The notes beneath the pieces were generated by a model. That model was not told the origin of the DNA. It saw nothing but the letters and a program-made list of their open reading frames with translations, and made no database searches. From the NCBI GenBank assembly GCA_039811685.1, contig JBDHZC010000008.1, positions 1 through 64,000 of the forward strand: a stretch of 64,000 nt of DNA. The letters are read 5' to 3'. Source of the stretch: Armatimonadota bacterium. Lineage in GTDB: Bacteria; Armatimonadota; UBA5829; DSUL01. A program made the translations under genes and the position numbers. Positions 12,655 through 21,493 of this stretch are shown in pieces. Each line of letters opens with the position of its first letter. The first letter of the stretch is position 1.

Positions 12655-12683
12655 ATTCTAGCACAAGCACATGCCAGTTTCAA
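12655..12683 (-). promoter_or_regulatory. sigma70-type promoter of rpoBC
   Basis: TTGAAA-17 nt-TAGAAT with an extended TG, 40 nt upstream of the rpoB ATG. Confidence 0.7.
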
Positions 12684-12841
12684 CAAATGCACTAACAAAA
12701 ATGGGAGGAATTTCGTTCCGGGCCTGTTTTGCCCTTCGGTGAGGTCTCAAGCCGAGCGAAAAAACTCCGCTGTGAGCCCGATCGCGACTCGCGCCGGTTG
12801 AGGCCGAAGGAGTTTGTGATCCGGAGGCATGCATGCATCGG

Positions 12842-12878
12842 AATAAGGAACGCCCGGACGCATCCTCGCATCCGGGCG
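12842..12878 (-). terminator. Probable terminator of the amidase gene
   Basis: CGCCCGGATGCG-AGGA-TGCGTCCGGGCG stem (two G-U pairs) followed by TTCCTTATT on the minus strand. Confidence 0.5.
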
Positions 12879-12910
12879 AACTCACTCAGTGCCTAATTTT
12901 GCAGCCCGAA

Positions 12911-15900
12911 CTACAGTGGAGTGATACCCAGGGCATCACTGACAACGAGAATACGGTTGCTTACTGGCCCGGTAAGCTCCGCATCCACAACGCCTTGAAC
13001 CGCAACAAATCCGGCGACAGGCGGCGCAATTGAGCCACACTTCACCTTGACGCCAACATGGCCACTTCCATCAGCGAGACCACTGCCGTCATCCAGATAG
13101 AAGAACTGATTTGCGGGATCGGCGGAGCTTGCGTAAGTCACGCTGCCAGCCATACGAACCAGAAGTCCAATATTGTACAAGCCCAGACCGCCGCTCACAC
13201 CGGGTGTCAGCGAATTCGCGCTTTCACCGCCCAGCGTGACTCCCGTCATCCACAGCGGGGCAATTGGAGATGCCGGTCCGGTGTCCTGGACCGCAGAAGC
13301 GCTCAGAGCTCTGACTGCGCCGCTCACGCCCAGCATTCCGGTCACTCTCATAAGCCGGCCTGCGGTGACACCGCCGCCAGACCAGAGAACCTTGAGCGCG
13401 GCCGAACGATCCACTTCTTCCAACCAGAACACGTCCGGCTGCACAGCCGTGACTGTTTTCGGCTCCAGAGTCAGCGGTGTTGAGTCGTTAATCTGCCAGA
13501 GATCCCCAATGCGTCCAACAGCGGTGGCCTCAAACACATACGGACCCAGCGTCAGTGTCACCGGCGTCGCAACACCTGATCCATTGAGCGCGCGCAGGTG
13601 CAGATAATAGGAACCCGAGCTGGAAGCTGTCATGTTCAGCGTGCCTGATGTCCACAGCGACGCAGCGCCCCACGCGGGCTCACCCGCAGAAGTATCCCAG
13701 ACATAGTCGTAACCGGATGCCCGAAGCGCACCCGCCCCAAATCCGTTGACCGCCGTAAACGTCACAGGAGTCTGAGGGGCATACACAGGCGAGGCGCTTC
13801 CGGGCCCTTTGTCACACGTTACGGCCCCGGCGCCAGAAGAGGCATAAACTGGCGCAGCCGCCAGTGTATAGACAGGTCCGAGCTGTATCCGCGGCGAATC
13901 CACCTGCCCGGACGCTATCTGAAAATAAGAAGAAATAAGCCGCGTATAGGCGGTATTGGCCGTGAGTCCCGTTTCCGTCCAACTCAGATCAGAGGGGCCA
14001 GGCGAGGCCTTAATGCTGGAGACAGTTTCCCATAGATGGAAGCCGTCTGAAGGAGGATAGCCCGACGACCAGTTCCATGTGACTGAACTCTGAGTGTTAA
14101 CGGCCGGCGACGCAGCCAGTGGAGTGCCTGACAGGCGGCCGAACGTGATGTCGTCGTAGTACCCGCTCACGTTGCTGGATGAATTGGGACGGGTGTTGAT
14201 TTGCAGGCTGTTGAGACTGATTGGCACAACGGAGTCCCGTATGAGAGCAGGCGTGATCATGTTGTCGATGAAGAACGAGATATCGCTCGTGTTGGACGGG
14301 CTTTTGGCGGGGCCGATGACTATGCGAGCCCGGTGCCAGCCCACGGTGCGGCCAACGGCGGTGTTGAACCAGCCTTGATCATACCCATCAACAGCGCCAG
14401 GAATACGGGCTTGATAACGAGTCTTGTCATAGCCGCTGGCTGTGTCAGAGGAAGCGCCAAGTGACAAGCGCTGGAGAGCGCCCGGAAACGGCGAGAGAGT
14501 TCCATAGTCAGAGTTGGTTGGCAGAGTGCTGGTATCATAGCTGCAGAGCGCTACGAAGTCTTGATAGAGGCTGGCGTCGGCAGCAGATCCTTTCGGATCG
14601 TAGAACCACCAGTCCAGGAACAGCCCTGCGCCAAACGGATTTCCGCTGTTCAGGCGATAGGCTGCGTTGATCATATCAATGCAGTTCGCGACTCCGGAAG
14701 TTGCCGTGAGCATGTTCGATCCGCTGTGCGCCGAGACCCCACCACTCTTCACGACGGCGCCGTTGGCCGGCGCAGGACCAAACCACGGGTTTCCATTCTT
14801 GTCGCCTTTGGTATCCTTGTTGGGCCCCGAAGCGTCATTCATATCCAGGCTGCCAGTGGCGAGGCCTTCAAAACCCTCGTAGAACAGCCCGCGCGTAAAA
14901 TTGGCCGTGAGAGTCAGACTTGCGGGAGGCATGTTGAAGGTATAAGACTTCCTTCGGGACGCGATTGCCGTTCCGCCACAGCCGTCAGAAGTCCAGTTGA
15001 CAAAGCAACTGTTGGCAAACGCCGCGGCTGTTACGGTGGCCTCATCACCCACGTTGAAGACGCCACCGCCAACCACAACTCCTCCCGGACAGGCTGCAAC
15101 GCTCAAAGGCGCCTTGATGAGTGTGAACCGGAACGCTTCTGTATTCCATCGGTGAGTCCCGTCAACGGTTCCACCCGCCAGATTAAAGCGAATCGTCGGT
15201 TGTGTGACTCCGGGATTGAGCGTAATCTGACCAATGTTCACCCACATGCACGACTGCCCGGACTGAAAAGCAGTCGTCGTCCCGCTGAGTCCAGTGCATC
15301 CCGTCAGCGAGTAGGACACCACGATGTCCGAAGAAATGTTGGTAGTTCCGTAATGGGCGACTTCTACTTTGTAGGTGCCTCCAGCGGCGCCCAGGACCGG
15401 TTGCACCTGACACCACCGCGCACCTCCGTTGCCAAGGTAGCGGCTTCCACCAGCCTTGAGATTGGTGTCAAAGCCGCCGCACCAGCCAGCGGAATTGCCC
15501 CACCCGCTGTCATCTGAGTACCACTGAGAATTCAGGCCCGGGGAGCGCGACTCAACGTAGACCTGCTCGGTCTGGACGCCTCCCGCGACCTGTTGAATGT
15601 AGTAGTTCCAGTCCCAGCCATTGCCCGGGTCTGTATGACTGCCGCAGCAGCAATTCGTGACGTCAACGTGCCCGATAATGCCGGGGCCAACGGCCCGCTT
15701 CTCCTTCGGAATACCCCAGCGGTCGCAGATATTTCGCGTGAGCGCCGCAGAACCATCATACAGAGCTTTGGGATGGGAACTTGCGCTCGCGTAGCCCTCG
15801 TGTTCAATGCCGACAGACCGGCCGTTGTAACATCCCGCATGCCAGGCCGTCTGGCTTTCTCTGACCATCTGCCAGACCGTTCCTGCGGAATCAACTACAT

Positions 15901-16750
15901 AGTGAGACGACGACGGTCCGAGATTGCCGTGGTTGCAATTCTTGAACCATGACAGCGTGCCCGCGGCTGTGCCCTCCGCCGTATGTATGACGACAGTGTC
16001 ACTGTTATGGGAGGCTGTGGAGTAGTTACAGCTTGCCGCCGCATCCCAGATCGCCAGGGGATAGTCCACCGTTGCCAACGGTTGAATGGCGGGCGGAACC
16101 AGCGCAGAGAGGTCTATGGCCCCGATGTCCACGGGAGCGAACGCGAAGCGCTCACCCTCGCTGTTCGTGATGTCCAGCCCGCTCTTGATCTGGCGGAATA
16201 TCTCCATAGCCCAGAACCGGCTGCCTTCTTCGTCCAGACCACCGTAACGGATGACTGGCGCCAGCCACGCCTCCACGCCTTTTTCCCGGCTGATTTTGGC
16301 CTGTCTGGCGTACTCGTCCAGTACGGCGGCGGCAGCCAGGATGTTGGCCTGAGCGTCCAGTTTCAGAGTTGTCTCGGAAGTATTCAGCAGTTGCGCGCCG
16401 AGCGTCAGGGAATCGCCGCCGAGAGTATTCTTCCTCAGAGCCATCAGGCCGTAGCCACCCTCAACAGTGGAATCATCTCCGCGGTTCTCAAACCCGCTGC
16501 CGTAATAACCGATGGTGAGGAGAAGCTCCAGAGGAACGTTGTAATCGGCGGCTGCGCTCTGAAAAATGGGAAGCAGAGCGCTCGGCCACGGCGCCACCGT
16601 AGTCTGCGGCGGGGGCGGCTCGGAAGCCAGCGTCCCACGCTGGGTTTGAGCGAGGGGAGCGGCAGAGGAAGCGGCGCACAGGACAACACAGAGCGCTATT
16701 GTGATCTTGCTAGCGGACAACTTCAAGCGTAGTACCTCGAATGACAGCAA
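12911..16750 (-). CDS. Secreted multidomain N-acetylmuramoyl-L-alanine amidase (Amidase_2-like) with lysozyme-like N-domain, beta-sandwich/FN3-like domains and a conserved C-terminal module
   Basis: Signal peptide. Amidase_2 motifs VVIHTAEG, SSHYVV, AWHAG, VGIEHEG, IIGH, HTDPG. Gly/Ser/Thr-rich extracellular domains. Exact start uncertain. Confidence 0.8.
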   Translation of the reverse strand: MLSFEVLRLKLSASKITIALCVVLCAASSAAPLAQTQRGTLASEPPPPQTTVAPWPSALLPIFQSAAADYNVPLELLLTIGYYGSGFENRGDDSTVEGGYGLMALRKNTLGGDSLTLGAQLLNTSETTLKLDAQANILAAAAVLDEYARQAKISREKGVEAWLAPVIRYGGLDEEGSRFWAMEIFRQIKSGLDITNSEGERFAFAPVDIGAIDLSALVPPAIQPLATVDYPLAIWDAAASCNYSTASHNSDTVVIHTAEGTAAGTLSWFKNCNHGNLGPSSSHYVVDSAGTVWQMVRESQTAWHAGCYNGRSVGIEHEGYASASSHPKALYDGSAALTRNICDRWGIPKEKRAVGPGIIGHVDVTNCCCGSHTDPGNGWDWNYYIQQVAGGVQTEQVYVESRSPGLNSQWYSDDSGWGNSAGWCGGFDTNLKAGGSRYLGNGGARWCQVQPVLGAAGGTYKVEVAHYGTTNISSDIVVSYSLTGCTGLSGTTTAFQSGQSCMWVNIGQITLNPGVTQPTIRFNLAGGTVDGTHRWNTEAFRFTLIKAPLSVAACPGGVVVGGGVFNVGDEATVTAAAFANSCFVNWTSDGCGGTAIASRRKSYTFNMPPASLTLTANFTRGLFYEGFEGLATGSLDMNDASGPNKDTKGDKNGNPWFGPAPANGAVVKSGGVSAHSGSNMLTATSGVANCIDMINAAYRLNSGNPFGAGLFLDWWFYDPKGSAADASLYQDFVALCSYDTSTLPTNSDYGTLSPFPGALQRLSLGASSDTASGYDKTRYQARIPGAVDGYDQGWFNTAVGRTVGWHRARIVIGPAKSPSNTSDISFFIDNMITPALIRDSVVPISLNSLQINTRPNSSSNVSGYYDDITFGRLSGTPLAASPAVNTQSSVTWNWSSGYPPSDGFHLWETVSSIKASPGPSDLSWTETGLTANTAYTRLISSYFQIASGQVDSPRIQLGPVYTLAAAPVYASSGAGAVTCDKGPGSASPVYAPQTPVTFTAVNGFGAGALRASGYDYVWDTSAGEPAWGAASLWTSGTLNMTASSSGSYYLHLRALNGSGVATPVTLTLGPYVFEATAVGRIGDLWQINDSTPLTLEPKTVTAVQPDVFWLEEVDRSAALKVLWSGGGVTAGRLMRVTGMLGVSGAVRALSASAVQDTGPASPIAPLWMTGVTLGGESANSLTPGVSGGLGLYNIGLLVRMAGSVTYASSADPANQFFYLDDGSGLADGSGHVGVKVKCGSIAPPVAGFVAVQGVVDAELTGPVSNRILVVSDALGITPL

Positions 16751-16824
16751 CTTCGCGAGTCACTGGGTTTGGATGCGGAATTGCACATCTTGCGGCGCCG
16801 ACGCCAGGAGCAGACGCCAATACA

Positions 16825-16853
16825 ACGGTAGCACCGGCTCTGAGCGCTGTCAA
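16825..16853 (-). promoter_or_regulatory. sigma70-type promoter of the amidase gene
   Basis: TTGACA-17 nt-TACCGT with an extended TG on the minus strand. Confidence 0.55.
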
Positions 16854-17010
16854 GAGCAAATTGAGCACAAAAGCTGGATGATTTATTCCACAACTGCCCG
16901 TAACCTGAACAGTCTTTAAGGATACTCTGAGCTCTCTATCACCAAAATGCGAAACCGATTACAGAGAAATCGCTGATTCTTGAGTAGCGCACAGAGAAAC
17001 TGACCCAGTA

Positions 17011-18006
17011 TCAGTTCTGAGCGGGCTGCCCGATTCCACCTTTGCTCAGAATATATTCCGCGTTCACGGCGAGCGCGCAGCAGGCAGGGTTCTCCCGCGT
17101 CTGCGCTATCCCGGTCCCGGGACCGGCAGGAGCTGGATGCTGAGGAGACGCTGCGAGACAGGCGTCGGCTATCGCCATCTCAAAATCTCCGAGCGCAAGG
17201 CTCGCCGTGACCATATCCGAGTTCTGTCGCGCTGTTTCAGCGACATCAAGCAGCGCAAGCAGATGCGTGTAGAGATTCTCATCAGAGATAAGGGGCACTT
17301 CGTCCGTGCCGAAGGGCAGCGTGTGAAACGCTATCAGCAGCGTGCGCAGATCTACGATCGAAGAAACGACCTCCCACGTCCAGACCTCGCGATGGACATA
17401 AGCAGGCGCGCTGTCCCCTTTGAGCTGAACAGCGACCGGTGTGCCGTAGAGAATCGTCAACTCAAAAGTTGTCCCCGGCGCCTCGTACATCAAAGGCCAC
17501 CACGTGCGGATGTTTGCGGTACCCTGCTGGTGGATAGTTCGGGCTGCGAAGACGTCTGAACACTGAATCAGAGAGGGGGTTGTCTTGGTCAGGACAACAT
17601 TCTTGACAGTGTAGGCGACCCCTTTCTGGCAGGCGTCAATGAAATTGCACCAGTTTGCCCCCGGCTCAATGTGCAAAATCGCTCCTGTGGCGGCCAGGAC
17701 AGATGGCGCTGGAGCCGGAGGCGGAGCAGGATCGGGTGTGACGAAAGCAAGCGACGGTGAGGACTTCAGATATCCTGTACCTACGGCAACTCCTGTTGGA
17801 CTTATCACTGTGGCCGGCGCAAGGCGAATCGGTTCGGAATCCCGCGGCGAACTTTCCGCCACCGCCGCGTGGGCGATAAGTGGCGTTGACACTATTCCTG
17901 CGCACGCGAGAGCCGCCAATGTCCGGCCGCCTGCGTAATATCTTCCCAGGCGAGTTGGCAAGGCGACGCGCGAAACTGCTCTCGCGAAAAGCTGTCCAAA
18001 CCCCAT
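17011..18006 (-). CDS. Hypothetical exported protein (Pro-rich linker, Cys-containing domain, helical C-terminus)
   Basis: 331-aa ORF co-oriented with its neighbours; signal-like segment ending AHA; PAPPPAPAP linker. No family recognised. Confidence 0.65.
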   Translation of the reverse strand: MGFGQLFARAVSRVALPTRLGRYYAGGRTLAALACAGIVSTPLIAHAAVAESSPRDSEPIRLAPATVISPTGVAVGTGYLKSSPSLAFVTPDPAPPPAPAPSVLAATGAILHIEPGANWCNFIDACQKGVAYTVKNVVLTKTTPSLIQCSDVFAARTIHQQGTANIRTWWPLMYEAPGTTFELTILYGTPVAVQLKGDSAPAYVHREVWTWEVVSSIVDLRTLLIAFHTLPFGTDEVPLISDENLYTHLLALLDVAETARQNSDMVTASLALGDFEMAIADACLAASPQHPAPAGPGTGIAQTRENPACCALAVNAEYILSKGGIGQPAQN

Positions 18007-18157
18007 TCGTAGTCTCCACGGGCGGCAAAGTCAGGCTGTCTCGCACGTGCACGCACGGAAGCGCATGCGCGAGAACAACACTCGCAGCCTTTGTTCCACA
18101 ACCGTTGAGACAAAGACAGCCGCAGATTCCAGGGAACGGAAGATAAGGAGGCGACCC

Positions 18158-19888
18158 TCAGCGACGAGGCGCCAATTTGAAACTGGGAGACGCACTGCCG
18201 GAATCCGAGGGAGGCTTTGAGGTGACGGAACCATTCTCGTTAATGAATACCAGCTTTTTGTAGTGCAACCTGGACAAATCTGGACTATTTACTACGTAGT
18301 CGTATTCGATTCCACTTCTCGAAGCAAGGATTCCCTGAAACAGCGCAGCCGCCGCAATGTCACCATACGCCACACCGTAGGCATTTCTCTCTTCGCGCTG
18401 CGTACCCCACACGCCACTACAGTTGAAGGCATATCCCTCTGGCAGGACGATGGCTTCTCTGGCCTTCAGGGGCAGAGGCTTTCCTGGGCCTCGCGGGTGG
18501 CTGGCGGCGTAGCGGGAGATGGATTCTGCCAGGCGAAGCTGCTCTTCGAACGGGACGTGATGATCGTGATCGGACGACCAGAACCAGAGGTGCTTTGCGC
18601 CCATATTGTAGGCGCGAATCAAAGCGGGAAGTCGCAGCGCTGGCTCACTCTGGCCGTAAATACTTGTGCCCCAGTAGCCGTCAAAGGCGCGCGCCGCACC
18701 GCGCAGAAAGGCATAGTAGAAGCTGAACATGTCGTTGTCTGTCAGAGCTGGGACGCCCTCACCCAGGAGAATCTCCGGATCCCACCCATAGCCGCGGTGT
18801 GAATAACGCCCCTCATGCACAACACCTGGGGCTCCGGCCTGCATCTGATACCACGCCGACCAGAACTCTGTCTCCCAGGAAGGCGCTTTGGGCCGAATCC
18901 AGGTGAGGGAGCCGACAGACGCATCGCGAAACTGAATCACGCGCCGCGACAGCGGCTGCAGAGCTTCCACGCGCATGCGCAGAGCCTGCGCAACAACCTG
19001 TGGGCCAAGCACGCTCTCCACATCTCCTCCCGACCACCCAAGCCGAACCATGGGTTCGTCAATGAACATGGTGGAAGTAGTGACATTGCTCCGGTAGAGA
19101 TCATCCGGATAAACTTTCACGCCACGCACAAAAACCGGCTGCGCCAACAGCCATTCGGACAGCCCTGCGATGGCATTGAAATAGTTGAAGCCAGATGCGA
19201 TAGCCCGCTCTATATCGGATTTTGTTAGAGGGATGTAGGTGTAGTCGTCCCCGGGGTTCTTGCGAGGACGTCCGTCGTCGCGGGTGTCCCGGGAAGTTCC
19301 GATCCACAGATCCGTGCGCAGTTTCAGCGTTCTCGCGTGAGCGAAATCCAGAGCAGGCTCTACAGGGCCGTCGCTTAGCTGCAGGATGTGTCCGAGCAAC
19401 TCGCCAGTCGTAGCAAATCCGCGCGCATAGCGGGCATCAGACGCCGGATTCGGTAGAAGAGCATCGCGGAACATGAGTTCTGGCAGCAGCGCGCTTCCTG
19501 TGGTCTGATCCATGTATTCCAACGCCTCTGACCCGTTGACGTTTAGCTGATAACGCGCGATCCTGCCAACTCCGTCTTGAGAACGCATGGGGGTGCGCTC
19601 AGAAAGCGCCCGCACACCCAAGAGCGATCCGTCGGCTTTCCTCAGAGTCATTCGCCACCAGCCAGGGCCTCCGGGCGGCGCAGCGTTTCCGGGCTCGCTC
19701 GATATCCAGACGTCAACAACCGGAGGGGTCTGCCCTTCTACGGATGTGAGCACGCTGTAGTGAGCGGAAGAGTTGGAGCTTGCGTGACAGCGAAGAGCGC
19801 AACAAAGCAAGAGAAGCGTCAAAGCCGGAAATACGTTTCTCAGCACAGACCCTGGTAGATTTGAACAGGAGTCACGGAGCAAGGACAT
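18158..19888 (-). CDS. Hypothetical secreted protein, possibly a glycoside-hydrolase-like TIM barrel
   Basis: Long ORF with signal peptide (PALTLLLLCCALRCHA); aromatic-rich, FIDEP and WETEF segments reminiscent of clan GH-A glutamates. Start uncertain. Confidence 0.6.
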   Translation of the reverse strand: MSLLRDSCSNLPGSVLRNVFPALTLLLLCCALRCHASSNSSAHYSVLTSVEGQTPPVVDVWISSEPGNAAPPGGPGWWRMTLRKADGSLLGVRALSERTPMRSQDGVGRIARYQLNVNGSEALEYMDQTTGSALLPELMFRDALLPNPASDARYARGFATTGELLGHILQLSDGPVEPALDFAHARTLKLRTDLWIGTSRDTRDDGRPRKNPGDDYTYIPLTKSDIERAIASGFNYFNAIAGLSEWLLAQPVFVRGVKVYPDDLYRSNVTTSTMFIDEPMVRLGWSGGDVESVLGPQVVAQALRMRVEALQPLSRRVIQFRDASVGSLTWIRPKAPSWETEFWSAWYQMQAGAPGVVHEGRYSHRGYGWDPEILLGEGVPALTDNDMFSFYYAFLRGAARAFDGYWGTSIYGQSEPALRLPALIRAYNMGAKHLWFWSSDHDHHVPFEEQLRLAESISRYAASHPRGPGKPLPLKAREAIVLPEGYAFNCSGVWGTQREERNAYGVAYGDIAAAALFQGILASRSGIEYDYVVNSPDLSRLHYKKLVFINENGSVTSKPPSDSGSASPSFKLAPRR

Positions 19889-21221
19889 GAATGTCCGCCC
19901 CTGATCGCAATAGAACAAGTGAACGGTGCGCCTGCCCATCGAGCGCGCATGAGCTTATCCCTGTCACACTGATCAGAAGTCCCACACCTGGCGGCGTCGC
20001 GCTGGCCGGAAACTTCACGGGAAGAGGAGAACTGGAGCCATCACTGAGAGTGAAGACTCTGGCTCCAGAGTCAACTGAAACCACCCTTCCCGCAACCCTG
20101 ATCAGAAGCCCGATGTTGTTGGCGCCCACGCCCCCGCCAGCGCCTCCCTGCCCTTCTCCCGAGACAGAATTGTAATTCCCAGTAGAAGCGCCGCCCACTG
20201 TCCCACAGGTCATACCAAACGCTCTTGGAGTGTCGCCGGGCGGAGCGAACGACGCATATTGAGCCTCCAGATACCGTTCACCGTCCGCGTTTGTGCGCAT
20301 GATTCCCGCAACACTGGCTTTCGCGCCAACCAGCGGGAGTGAAGAGCCGACCACTCGCAGCCCCACCAGTTCTTCGCCCGATTGCACATAGTAGAACCCG
20401 TCAAAGACCGCCGAAACACTCGGAGAATCCAGAGAGACTGCCGCGCCATCTCGCTGGGATTTAGCCTGCGCCACACTGAGAAACGGCTGCTCTGTAAGCG
20501 TCATGTCGTCGTAGTAGCCGTAGGGTTTGGAGAAACCTCCCGTCTTGAGGACAACAGTCATGATGTTGCCGGTCGCGACACGGACGCCATTCACGCATAT
20601 TGGCGCAGTGCTGTAGGCGTCAGACATATGCTGCCAGTCCCACACAACCAGAGCTGGATCGTATGTGCACACTTTGGTCGGCAGGTCATCAGGGCGGATG
20701 TCGGCCGTCTGGTAGTCGAAAGGCCCATCCAGCAACTCTGTATCATACCAGCTTGTGTTGCCTGGCGCTGTTGGGAATGTACCCTTCCACCATCCGTTGA
20801 GCTGATAGCAGCGTCCCGGCGTGACGCTCACCTGCTGATAGACTCCGAAAGATGAGCTGTTACACGTCAGAACCAGAGCCCGGTTACCGCTGACGCGCGC
20901 GGCAGTGGTGGCCTGAGCGCTTTCGCCCGAGCCCCAGGGAGCGCGCCAGAGCGTCCAGCCCTGAACCGGCGACAATGGCCCGCTTTCAAATCCCGGATTG
21001 GCGAGAAGATTAGCGCTGGAAGCGCCTGCCCCAGCGCAACCTACCGCCAGTAGCAAAGCTGCCAGCAGAGCAACGCATCGTCCTGCAGCCAGTGACCTTT
21101 CAGCTAATCGCGCTAATACGGCGCCTGAAACAGCTTCGCGCGAAACTCGATGCCAGTTGGGAGAATAAATTGTATAAGTATCAAGCATATATATGTACAA
21201 ATATCTACTGTATGGGCGCAA
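19872..21221 (-). CDS. Secreted CBM4/9-like carbohydrate-binding domain protein with a conserved C-terminal module
   Basis: NLLANPGFESG...GVYQQVSVTPGRCYQL...YYDDMTL pattern; hydrophobic signal segment. The true start probably lies downstream of 21221. Confidence 0.7.
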   Translation of the reverse strand: MRPYSRYLYIYMLDTYTIYSPNWHRVSREAVSGAVLARLAERSLAAGRCVALLAALLLAVGCAGAGASSANLLANPGFESGPLSPVQGWTLWRAPWGSGESAQATTAARVSGNRALVLTCNSSSFGVYQQVSVTPGRCYQLNGWWKGTFPTAPGNTSWYDTELLDGPFDYQTADIRPDDLPTKVCTYDPALVVWDWQHMSDAYSTAPICVNGVRVATGNIMTVVLKTGGFSKPYGYYDDMTLTEQPFLSVAQAKSQRDGAAVSLDSPSVSAVFDGFYYVQSGEELVGLRVVGSSLPLVGAKASVAGIMRTNADGERYLEAQYASFAPPGDTPRAFGMTCGTVGGASTGNYNSVSGEGQGGAGGGVGANNIGLLIRVAGRVVSVDSGARVFTLSDGSSSPLPVKFPASATPPGVGLLISVTGISSCALDGQAHRSLVLLRSGADIHVLAP

Positions 21222-21464
21222 GGAGGATCACGCCTCTGCCCAGAGTTCTGCAGGCTGTGGGGAGAAACCCTTCCTCCACCGGCGCCCGATGCCAATTCCG
21301 CTCATTAGCTGCCAGGACATTGCCGTGTTGTGGCTTGCGGCAGGGCGAAATGTGCCGGGCAGACAGGCAGTTGCGCAACGAACTGATCCGAGACGGGGCG
21401 GCGGCGAGACAAGAAAAAATGAAAAAATCAACATTTTCTATTGACGAAGCCAGCGGTTTTGCAT

Positions 21465-21493
21465 TAGACAGTAACTCCCACTGTTTTTATTAT
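21465..21493 (+). promoter_or_regulatory. sigma70-type promoter of gltBD
   Basis: TAGACA-17 nt-TATTAT, preceded by an A-rich UP-like tract (21409-21440). Confidence 0.65.

Noticed and set aside
16883..16892. TTATTCCACA, DnaA-box-like
   Set aside because: Single imperfect copy; no box cluster or other oriC context.
21195..21208. GTA-N8-TAC (NtcA-like box) upstream of gltB
   Set aside because: Short motif in an AT-rich patch, about 260 nt from the promoter, and NtcA is cyanobacterial.
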